Part shown: one piece after another, positions 25,573 to 36,281 of the stretch
Layout: the number at the start of each line of letters is the position of its first letter
How positions within the stretch are numbered: position 1 is the stretch's first letter
Assembly: GCA_964106645.2 (NCBI GenBank)
Contig: OZ067040.1
Length of the DNA stretch: 64,000 nt
Source of the DNA: Podarcis pityusensis
Taxonomy: Eukaryota
Direction: 5' to 3' (one strand)
Made by a program: the position numbers and the translations under genes
The notes under the pieces: generated by a model
Database searches by the model: none
Told to the model about the DNA's origin: nothing
What the model saw: only the letters and a program-made list of their open reading frames with translations

Positions 25573-28045
25573 CTTGCTGCCCGCTCCAGGTTAAGCTCCT
25601 GGTCTGCAGGGACAGCCTGGAAAGTGTCGCACTTCCGGGTAATGCTTCCTGCATGCCAGTTCAGCAACTCTCATAATTGCGAGCGAGAGATATTAATCTG
25701 TCTGGAAATTCTTTCCACGGAGAGAGAGAGAGAGAGAGAAAGACGTAACACCCTTTAGAGATCTAGCATCCCAGGTAAAATCTGTTTTTTGGGGGGACTC
25801 GCAGACGATTCTTTTAACGAATGCAAGCGAACGTCGGGAACTGCGGAGTAATTACTGTTGAGGTTTCTAATTGCAGCGGATAATACACTCTTTAAATGCT
25901 TCAGGCACTAATAAAACGGCCTGCAAGACAATTAAGCCGGTCCTTGGATTTTTTAAACCTAAATCCCATTTGATTTCCCGAAAAGCCTGCTTCACGCTAA
26001 GCAGCTGGGTATACTTCACGTCAGCGTGTTTAGGGTCTAGGTGCAAATCCAGTTAAAATAATCTCCACATCCGAAACTCACAAGGTAGTGGGATTTGCTT
26101 CTAACTAATGCGATAAGGAGGAGGAGGCGCGTATTAGTTGAAATCGAGATGAAGAAGCTTAAGTGGCTGGAGGATCCATGCAGATTTCAACTCCCCACCC
26201 CCCTTCAGCTAAGATCTGCTTTGGATGAAACCGAATTTAGGATCCAAACTTTTAAGTGGCGGCAGCAGCATCCATGGATATGATCGTTATTATATTCGCA
26301 CGTTCTATCCAGGTCAGCAATAAAGTGGCCTGGATAAGAGGGAGTCCCGCTTACGCCTTGATCCTGAATATGCCACACCGATCCTAAACTCACAGAGTTC
26401 GCCACTTCGCGCTGGCAAGAGATCTGCCGTTTCCACTGAATGGAAAACTAAAGCAAATTACGAATGTAGGTGATAATGGTAAATAGCAATAATGACGCAA
26501 CCAATAAATCTCTATAAATTGCTAACGTTACCAGTGGAAAGACATTTAGGAATCCGGGTAAGAGATCTCCACCTGAGCAAAAGATGGAAGAATACTACTC
26601 CTGCTCCAGTGACACAACAGCAACATTCAACTAAGTCAGACTCCGAGGAAGCCCACTGAAATGAGTGTACTTAAGCCTACTGGTTTCAATGGGTATGCTC
26701 CGAGTGTGACTTGGTTGGACTTCGCCCAATGGTCTAGGCGAGAGTGATCGGCTTTGTAGAGCTTACCTCTGGCGAATGAGGCACTGTCGTAAGCATACTA
26801 CGTACACGCTTGGTCATTGTCTTGACTAACGGTATGAGGCGAGAAGTCCCTGGTTCGAATCTCACTGAGCGACCGCCTCTAAATTGCAGACCACCCTGCT
26901 CCCCTCCTCCATTTCCAGTTTGGGGAGGATGCTAAATTAACCACACCACAGAAGCCCTCCTAAAGTTCCCTAGATACTATACAAACACTCTTGTATTTGT
27001 AGCCCTGGTGAATGTACAGGAAATGCCGGCCCTTGCCTCCCGCATGATTCGACTTGCAGGAGTGTCAAACTGAGGCGCTTTTGCTGTTATTTCGGGTCAT
27101 GAAGAGTTGCCTGTACTCAGCTTATCAGCTGACTTCTAAACCCAACCGCCCGCCCCCCTTGAAGAAGAAAAAACACATCACCGAGTGAACGTGAACACTA
27201 GATCGCTGCCGCCTTTTCGTGTAGGCGTTTGTGTTTACAACAAATTCGTTTTTCTGTAGCTTCCGGAACTTCGTCTTTTCTTACGTTTTGCTCCCATGAA
27301 ATGCTTCCCCCGCCCCCATCTGCGGGCAAGCGGTTCCAACCTTTTCTTCTTGAAGGAATCCCCTTGAAAGAATGATCGGACGTATTAGCTGGAACAAGGT
27401 GGATTTCCCTGGAAACCCACACAGGACACAGTTATTACTCCACGGCGGGTGGGAGGAGATGATGCAGGAAGACTGCAGCCTAAGCCTTCAGGCTAAATCT
27501 ATCCCGAGCCGGGACGGCTATTGCTTTGCCGGCGCCAGTTAGGTGTGAGCACTACCTGCCTGCCTGCAGACATTCTTCTGACTTTTGGGCAGCTCATGCA
27601 TTCCAGCCTGCGCGCGGCTGCTTGCAAGTCAGTTGTGATCAGTGGACGCGGTTGGGTGCTTTAAGTAAAATCTCTCAGGGGGTGACGAGGGGCGCACACA
27701 CTCTATGTATATCTTCCCCAATCGATGCCCCTCTGCTGACTTTCCACGGGCAGGGTTTGTGGGTGAAGGAATGTGCGCAAGCGCCACATAACTTCGCCAT
27801 ATCAAAGCGCACCCAAGCCAAATAATTCTGTGCGTAATAGATGCAGTTCCCCACTTTTTATTAAATGGAGTCAGGATCAAGCCCCAACGAGAAGCGTTGC
27901 TTTGTATCTAGGCACTCATTCGTGCATTCAGCAGCCACATATAGCCCATAGCATTTTCGCATATAACCCAAGCCGGATTTACTGGAAGTGAGCGACAAAA
28001 GTAGTTTGGAGTCCCAGAGAGAGCGAAAGCCCGGGACGGGCTGCT

Positions 28046-28108
28046 TGGCAGCGGGTTGGACTCGATGGCCCTTGTGGTCTCTTCCAACTCTATGATTCTA
28101 TGATTCTA
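28046..28108 (+). mobile_element. CR1-type 3' tail
   Basis: gggttggactcgatggcccttgtggtctcttccaactc followed by (tatgattc)n octamer repeats. Confidence 0.8.
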
Positions 28109-28816
28109 CGGATTCCTCCCCCCCGCGCCCTCCGCTTCCCTGCACCAAGGCTCGCGGTTTAGGCACGATCTGGCCAAAAGTGAAGCCCCGCGGAGTCTCC
28201 TTGATCTGAGAGTGAGGGGCAAAGCGCGCGTCCTCCCAACCCAGCGAAGAGCGCCGAAAGGCTGTCTCTTTTGCGCAGGCTCTCGGGTGGAGGGTCCAGC
28301 CTGAAGACTTCCAGAACGGATGGGGGGGGGGGGAGGAAAATGCAGGGCGTAAAGCACGGAACTTTGCGGTTGGTTGGCTTTTTAAAAAATTGCTCCTCGC
28401 CTCTCTGTATTTTTTTAACGCTAACTTGCAAAAAAAGAGGAGAAATGGGGTGTGAGAATAAAACTAAACATTAAAAAAGAAAGAAAAAGTGGGGAAGGGA
28501 GGAGAAAAGAAACTCTGCGGATATGCATTTTGGGCTCTCTGGTTCCTTTTCTTTTCCTGCTTTCCCAGCCTTCCAACTCTTTGGAGTTTCTATCCTTAAT
28601 GTTTGCATTCCATCCCCCTGTCTATTATTCAGCAGCCCACAAGGTGATAACTAGATTGTCCTGCCGACTCCCCCTCTCCCTCCCTCCCTTGCCAGCTTTC
28701 TTGGGCTCCCCCCCCCGTCCCTCCCCCCAGTCCATTCTGTCAGGCAATAGGCTGTATAATAGTTATCCAGCCCAGCAGACAGGCAAGCGCCGTTTGAGAG
28801 TAATATTTGCCCCCAG

Positions 28817-29028
28817 NNNNNNNNNNNNNNNNNNNNNNNNNNNNNNNNNNNNNNNNNNNNNNNNNNNNNNNNNNNNNNNNNNNNNNNNNNNNNNNNNNNN
28901 NNNNNNNNNNNNNNNNNNNNNNNNNNNNNNNNNNNNNNNNNNNNNNNNNNNNNNNNNNNNNNNNNNNNNNNNNNNNNNNNNNNNNNNNNNNNNNNNNNNN
29001 NNNNNNNNNNNNNNNNNNNNNNNNNNNN
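28817..29028. other. Assembly gap (212 N)
   Basis: Run of N. Confidence 1.
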
Positions 29029-29782
29029 GCCCATGAATAATAAAGAGCCCGAGCGTGTTTGAACTGAGAAGCATGACACAGCCTTACAAAACAGCACTTA
29101 GGAAACGAAAGGCGAGGTGGCCCAGACTTTTGCATATTGTGATCTGGCTGTGGGCACATTCAGGGCCCAGGCAGGGTGAGGGGGGTGGCCAGGAGCACGA
29201 GACTTTTGAGAAGAACCGAGAGAGAGCAAAAGGACCATCACTGATCCTAAAACTGATAAGTCCAAAGCTAATATCAGTCTAATGGAATGACTGCATCATC
29301 CTATCAATGGCCTTTTCCTTCTCCAGTTATACTGAATCCAACTTTACAACACAAACTACTATTACATTTTCATCTCACTCCACCCCTGACTACTTCTGTT
29401 ACTACTATATCAGCCCAAGTTTTGATTCTGCTTGTTTTACCTCCACCTGGGACTCCTGGGACTACAACTACAATAAATCCCGCTATTGCTTTTACTATGA
29501 TCACATCCTCCCCCTATGACAGCTCCATATCCAATTACTGCACAATCTACAACTGCAACAAACTACCATCCTGTTCTTAATGCCACACTGCTCTTTGGGC
29601 TCCTACTATAACAGCTACATGCTGCAACAATGGTTACTCTAACGAATCACCACCATCGCTCTGCTGCTAGTATTTGTCATGATCAGTGTGCTTGGTGCTG
29701 TATATAACATGGAACAGTCTCTCTACCCAGAGGACCTACAGCCTAAGTGAGTCAGGGGGAAATGTCAATATTGCCTAGTCTC

Positions 29783-29890
29783 AGTACTGGTTTTCTAGAG
29801 AAAGAGGTGCCATGAACGCCTCCCTCGTTCTCTTATAATGGCAATGGCGCCCACTGGAGAGGTGCCGGTGAGTTACTGCTGAAAAAAGGC
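29783..29890 (+). mobile_element. Short MITE; inverted copy at about 47690-47806
   Basis: ttttctagagaaagaggtgcc...ccctcgttctcttataatggcaatggcgcccact is the reverse complement of agtgggcgccattgccattatgagagtacaaggga...ggcacctctttgtctaggaaaa. Confidence 0.7.
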
Positions 29891-30099
29891 TCACCTGTTC
29901 TTAAAAAACAAAGAAACAAATCCACTACTTCTCTCTAATTGATAATCTCAGTAATCCTTACAATAATTTTGTAAAACAAGTCTCCAGCTTTTCATAAAAG
30001 TCACCCATAACCTAGTGTGTGTGTGTACATACGTACATCCAAATCTAATATAGCAAATAAAATATAAGAGAAAGGGTATTGATGCTAAGTGTACTGAAG

Positions 30100-30235
30100 C
30101 AGTCATGAAGTGTCAGGAAAGGACTGAGGAGTTTAAATCACCACTCAGCATATGAAGTTCGCTGGATAACCTTGGTCCAGCCACGATTTATCAGCCTAAC
30201 CTACCTTTACAGAGTTGGGTGTGAGGACAAAATGA
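30100..30235 (+). mobile_element. CORE/MIR-like SINE remnant; similar at about 4480-4590 (-), 8190-8310 (+) and 51555-51720 (-)
   Basis: aaatcaccactcagcatatgaagttcgctggataaccttggtccagccac...cagcctaacctaccttt.acagagttg...gtgaggacaaaatg. Confidence 0.55.
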
Positions 30236-30399
30236 GGGTGTGTGTATCTAAGTGCTACGTTATACCAGAACTTGAGAGCGTTTGGAGGTGAGGGAGGGAT
30301 TGATCAAAAGCCAATGGGGAATGGATTAGGAGGGAAATCAGGTGGCAGTGAAAAAGGCGGTTCTTAACCTGAGGTACCACTGTACTAGTTTTCTAGAGA

Positions 30400-30830
30400 A
30401 AGAGGTTGGGGTTGGCCTAGGGTGCGGTTGCTTGTTTGTGACTGGCTGTGGTGAACTTTGTTTTCATGTGTGAGTGGGGTGGGGCGGGTGTTTGGATCAG
30501 GTTAGCCATATTGATTCATCTGCTGTAGGTGGATTTTTGTTGTTTTCTTGTTGGGCTGTGATATGATAAAGGGGAGCCATACAGGGGTGAAGGCGTCTTC
30601 TTCTATTTGTCCCCATGTCAGTTTCAGTTTATTGGTTAGTTTATCTAGTAGGGCTGTTTCCCATACTATTTGGTACCATTGGCCCATGCTTACTCCTGAC
30701 AGGTCTCTCCAGCGTCTGGTTATTATGTTTCTGGCTGCTGAGAGTAGATGGGTTACGAGTTCTTTGTGATGTAAATGGGCGTTATTGTCTTGGAAGATGT
30801 TTAGTTGGGCCAGTTCTGGGGTGATTTGCT
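30400..30830 (-). mobile_element. L1-clade LINE ORF2 C-terminal fragment
   Basis: Minus strand reads ITPELAQLNIF...THLLSAARNIITRRWRDLSGVSMGQWYQIVWETALLDKLT...FTPVWLPFI, the AAR...W...W...E/DKL...F...W pattern of L1 ORF2 ends. Confidence 0.75.
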
Positions 30831-33023
30831 TAGTACTTGCTTAGTTATTTTACATATTTCTTGTACGGCTGTTGTCCAGAATTGTGTTCTGGGATTGATC
30901 TGAAGACTTTTAGCTCCAACAGCAGTTAACAGACTGCCACAGATTACAACACTGAGATCAGCCTACCAATATCCATTATACCATTAAATCTCAAAATAAC
31001 ACAACACCCTAGTGAGAGGTGCACACTCATAATGCACCATAACAGCAGAACAAGAACATAAAATATCCAAGATGTCCATCACTATATGGTAACATATAGC
31101 CAGAAAACAAAGGAAAAACAGACTCTGGAGAAATAGACTGGACAACCAGCATGCATCAAAATCAGAATGACTACCATCCAATAAGTTTAAAGTTAAGCTA
31201 AATGGGAACCTGACCAGTGGGGAAAAAAGAAAGAATAAACATAGTAGTATGTACTTGTCATTTTTTTTACAGGTGGCATTATTTATTTCCCCCATCATTT
31301 ATGAAGAAAGCATGGAATGCAGCCATAAAAACAAAGCAGCCGCCGTCAAAACCTCACCATTCTCATGTCTAGGAATGTGACAAGCAACCCGATATATGCT
31401 GACTGTGTGTGTATGTGAGCATGAGAGATGGACAGTTCTGGAGGTGTAGTGTTACTGTTTTTTGAATTGAATGTGAATAGGAGAGAGTGATTGTAATTGT
31501 GTGTGGGTTTCTAATGCAGCATTAACGGGAGTGTGACAGTGCAGTTGTTGTTAAAGGTGGGTGTTGCATTGTGAGCATAACAAGATGTGAGTGCTGCAGA
31601 GAGTATATGTAACTGAATGTGAAATTGTCCGAGAGAGTATATGTTAGTTATGGCGAGAGGGGGTGACAGTAACTGAATGGGAATGTAATATTTATTGGGA
31701 GTGTGCTTGACTTATATGTGACTCCCAATGGGCTTGTGATAGAACACCAGCAATGAATGGAGGTATGGAACTGTAGTTGTGAGAGAGCATCTGGAGCTGA
31801 TTATGTGTGCAAAATATGTACTTATGTAACATAATCTAAACATTAGTGTGATTACTGAGACTGAGGATTTGTCTGTGTATACTACCACTAAGTTAGCTAG
31901 TTAGTGAAATTTATCCAGCAAAAGCTTCTATTGCAGAGTAAAATCCCCCCACTCTTCTTTTATATAAACAACTCTGAGATCTTTTGCGATGGAGAGTAGC
32001 ACATAAATTTTGGAGAGAAAGTCTAAAGGTAAGTAAGTGATGGGGCTAACAAGCAAACTAAAATGTTCTTGAAGGGCTCAAAGTAGGCCTTACGGAAATT
32101 TATGGACCTAACGTATGTCCATTAGTTTCAGTGAGTCTCCTCTGAGCAAAACTTAGCTGAATACCACTCATACAATCAAAGATGACAGTGGTCACTTGGA
32201 ATTACTGTCTCTGATATCTTGTGTACTGAAGTCATTTTGACTCCTAAGTATCCTTAACAGTTAATTGCTGTAAGATTGCATAGGAAAAGAAAGGAAATGC
32301 TTAAATAGCTTTTTCCTTCTGACATGGACTGGTAATTTGAAATTTAAATTATTTTTACACTTACACTGTCTTCTGGAACCTCAGAAGGCTAGCTTCACTG
32401 AGGTTTTGCAATATGTGCATTCATTTGGACATATTAGTTAAAAAAGCACTTCACAAATATTCCTCTGATTCATACTCTATCACTTTCTATTAGGGTCTTA
32501 ACATGCTGGATTTATGTTTGGTTCAGAATTTAGCTGCAAATAAGGGGTGATATCCCCCGTTAGTTATACTCAGAGTAAAGACATTAAATAAACTGACATA
32601 GTAACTTAAACTCATCAGAAGTGAGTCCCATTGCTATTCATAAGACTTACTTCCAATGCTCAGGATTGCAGGCTTAGGTCAGGATCCAAAGAGTTCAATG
32701 TACATATTCAAAGTACATCTAGTCTGCATTCTGAACTAGCCCATTTGTGCATTTGGCATCCATAGGTACTGCATTATCAAACAGAGCTAATGTTCATATC
32801 CATCATGCTTTGCTTCTTGATGTCTGTATGTCAAGATGCTTTCAAAGGCACAAGAGCAGGTCAGACACCTTCTCCCCACCCCCACCCCCATCAGTTGGCA
32901 ATCTAAACAGCAGCCCTTTGTATCTCCACAGTACCTGAGGGGAGAAGCTTTCTGGGGAGGGCAGACAAACAGCTTTATTCTCCAACAGTAGTAAAATGGG
33001 CCTGGATTCTGGAGGAATAGCAA

Positions 33024-33196
33024 CAGGGGCGCCAACTTGAATAAAATTGGGGGGGGGGCACAGGCAAGCCCCATCCTGCATAATCGATCACGCGACACAG
33101 TGTATGCACACCATTTGAATGGTAATGCCCATCAACTTTGGGGCCCCCTGACCCACTCAAATATTTTATGGGGGGCTTGAAGCCCCCTCGGCCCCT
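33024..33196 (-). mobile_element. MITE (possibly PIF/Harbinger-like); copies at about 34990-35095 and 60551-60740 (+), partial at about 49730-49800
   Basis: Shared core aaagttgatgggcatt.ccattcaaatggtgtgcataca...tgat..attatgcagg; GC-rich ends aggggc...gcccct. Confidence 0.7.
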
Positions 33197-35449
33197 ATGG
33201 GGAAGGAAGGTCGGTGGGATTTGCTGCTGTTTCCCCTCACACTTTCCAGCATCTGCCACCTGTGGCAGCTGCCTCACTCTACCTAATACTGGGGCACTTT
33301 GGAGCCCAGGCTTAGAGCACATATATATAATGAAGGACTGCCTGCATCCCTTCAGTCCTTTCCTGGGAGTAAATCCCATTCAGCTCATTGGGTCTATCTT
33401 ACTTCCGAGTAAGTATGCACTTGATCTGACTGTCAACCTAATAAGCCATGGTTCGAGTGCGGGTTCATTTGTGGTCCGCATAAAATAGATTTGGGAAAAT
33501 ACATTACTGCATGAAGCAGTAATCCTGGTTGCGGCCAATGTGATGAGAGGTTTACATTTCCTGACCATGAAGGCCCTTCCACAAAATGAAAAGGATATCC
33601 CAAAGTTTTGCCAGCTGGTGGTTCCAAGTGTTTATTTAAAGGTTTTTTAAAAGGCCCGGGGAGCCTTTTCCTTCCTTCCTAGTGGTAAGGTTAAAAAATA
33701 AAAAAATACAACTCTTCTCTGATTTTAGTTTTCTGATATAGTAAGAGAAAGGACATACATATTGTTTGTAAAACAGTGCATTTTGAGACCAAATTATTTA
33801 TTCAAAACATTTATACCCCCTTCCTAGTGCTTGCGGCAGATTACAAAACTACTTTCAAATATCAACAGCAGAAAATGAGAAAAACCACATAAAAACAAAC
33901 ACAAATAATAAACTGATAATCAACAGCAGCAGCAGCAGCAGAACCCAAAAAATTCCACTCCCAAGCACCTGGGAGAGCCCTCAGGTTGAAATAAGTCCCC
34001 CCCGCCCCCCGCCTGTTAAAGTGTGCCCCTGACTATTTTCCATGTCTTGCCATCCATACAGTTTTCTGCAGCAGAGTGGCATTAGGTCTTGCGATTCCTC
34101 CTTCTAAGCCTGATACAATTCATGGAATATCACTTGTTCATCCCAAAGCATTCTTTCTCGTTGAAGCCATATAAGCCTTTTTAAAAATCCTGATTAAGAA
34201 CTTCAGAAAAGCAAAGCTTGTGTGGTCCATTTTATGGTGAAAGTAATTTAGAAAAGCAGGGTGGGGTGGGCTGGGGGGTGGCTGAAGCAAATTTTACCCT
34301 TAGCAAAATTACGCCAGAGGTGAATCCTAAATTTAGTGGTACGCTAATAACTGCCACACTGACATCAGTTTCCTTTTTCTTTAGGTGTCAGCCTGACTGC
34401 ATCTGTTTATTTGAAACATAAATGAAAGAGAAAGGATGTTGTTAAAATAATAAACCTTTAAATACCCCTGTTACCAGAAGCACACTGTTAGCTGTTAACA
34501 ATAATCCAAGCTGTTACAGCATCTGATCCTGCTGTTGTTATTATCTGCAGGAAAACTTAAATTATTTCAGTGGGAGTCAGATCAGTCCATAAATTCATTT
34601 AGTGCCATGCCCCATCAAAGAGTGATTTGTTTCCTGTTCTCCTGCAGCACTGTAATGCTTCAAATTCCTGTGATTTCACTGGTAGGACTTCGTTTCACTA
34701 AGACACTCTTCTCCTCCCTCCCTGAATTAAAATGCAAGGCATACTTCACTGTTACACCCCAAAAGCAGGGCTTCATGTTGTGTTTCTGGACTTTGCATAG
34801 GCATTGGTTTTCTCACAGCTGGGTGCTGGAAGGGATGGGCCTTTGGTCTGATTCAAAAGAGCTTTTCTTGTGTTCTCATGGTCACACACCTACAGTGTAA
34901 GAACACAGCATGAATTCAGAGATACTCACTCCTGTGTTTCTGAGTCCTGAAAGGAGGCAAATCATTCAATCATTCCCAGCAAAGAGACACATAGGAGCTG
35001 AGGTCCCTTCAACCCCACCCCCCATAAAATATTTGAGGGGGCTTCCCCCAATGTTGATGGGCATGCGCCATGTCATGTGATGTGATGAATTATGAGTGTT
35101 GGAGCATATTTGGGCATCTCTGACCTAGACTGGAGGGAAGAAGACACTGGCAGAACAGTGAGGCCAGGGCACAAACATTCAGAGACAAAACATGTAGCCT
35201 CTAATGTGGGTAGTGATCTGGGAGCTTTTAATTACATAATGAATTTATTTCCATAGCAATTATGCTATGGGGTCTCAAAGAATTCTGTTCTTTCCCCCGT
35301 GTTGCTTAAGATTTAACATTGCTGGGAGAGGTCATCCAGGGATATGAACTCTCTGTTTTCCATCAGATTAGGAGGGGTGGTGGCCACAGTAATAAACTGG
35401 ATGAGGGTAAATAAATGACTAAAGCTCACCCCAGACATGACACAGGTAC

Positions 35450-35848
35450 GTCAATTGGGTGGTTTGTCTGCTCAGGTGTTCTACTGGTACTGGGGGGGGG
35501 GGGAGGGTTGCACTCCCCTTAAATAATCAGGTTTTGCAGTTTAAGGGTGTTGATTGATCCACCATTGTCATTAAAGGCACAAGTGACCTCAGGGGGTATG
35601 GGGTTCATTTTATAGCTTTGGCTACTGCAGAGAGTTCTGATGGTGGTTCTGGGAGGTTAGGGAATGCCCTCTGCTTAATTTTAGATCTGCTCTTAGTGAT
35701 GCTGTATTTCTTTCCGCTGCTCCTATTTTTTCCTTTTCCTTTTTTGCTTTATTGGTAGTTACTGTATTTTAATGTTTTACTGTTGCAAGCTGCCAGAGAT
35801 GCTGTTGCTGGGTGGCATATTACACATATTGTAAATAAAAAAAAAAAA
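35450..35848 (+). mobile_element. Degraded L2 fragments
   Basis: ggttgcactccccttaaataatcaggtt..gcagtttaagggtg...gatccc (L2 ORF-like) and a 3' end gggtggcatat...aaataaaaaa. Confidence 0.5.
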
Positions 35849-36064
35849 GGAAATGGATCCTTGTGGATTTCTACTTGACTCTTTGACAGGTGTGCTCTGG
35901 GTTCACTTTTCAAATATGTATATGAACCACTGGGAGAGTTCCCTCAGGGATTTGAGTGGGGTGTCATCAGTATTCTCTTTCCCAATCTCATTCTTTTTGC
36001 CATCTAAATCAGGTGGCATGGTAGAAGTGCCAAATCAGTGCCTGCACTTGGTAATGGGCTAGAA

Positions 36065-36281
36065 CAGGTCTCACCAACCTAAGGCCCATGGGCTGGAAGC
36101 GGCCCGTGGAAGTTGTTTGACGGGCCCACAAGCCACCCCCAAACTGAGCCACCCACTCGCGTGCTGTGCTAAACCTATGCAGCGCAGCATGGGGACTTGC
36201 TTCCGTGGCATCGGAAATTGTGTCCCCTGGAAATCCGTGGGACCAATCTGGCCCAGGCAAGATAAACCTTGCTGACCCCTG
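36065..36281. mobile_element. hAT-type MITE
   Basis: TIRs caggtctcaccaa / ttgctgacccctg; TSD GGCTAGAA / GGCTAGAT (7 of 8). Confidence 0.8.

Noticed and set aside
28452-29159. ORFs of 77-194 aa
   Set aside because: Artefacts of reading through the N gap.
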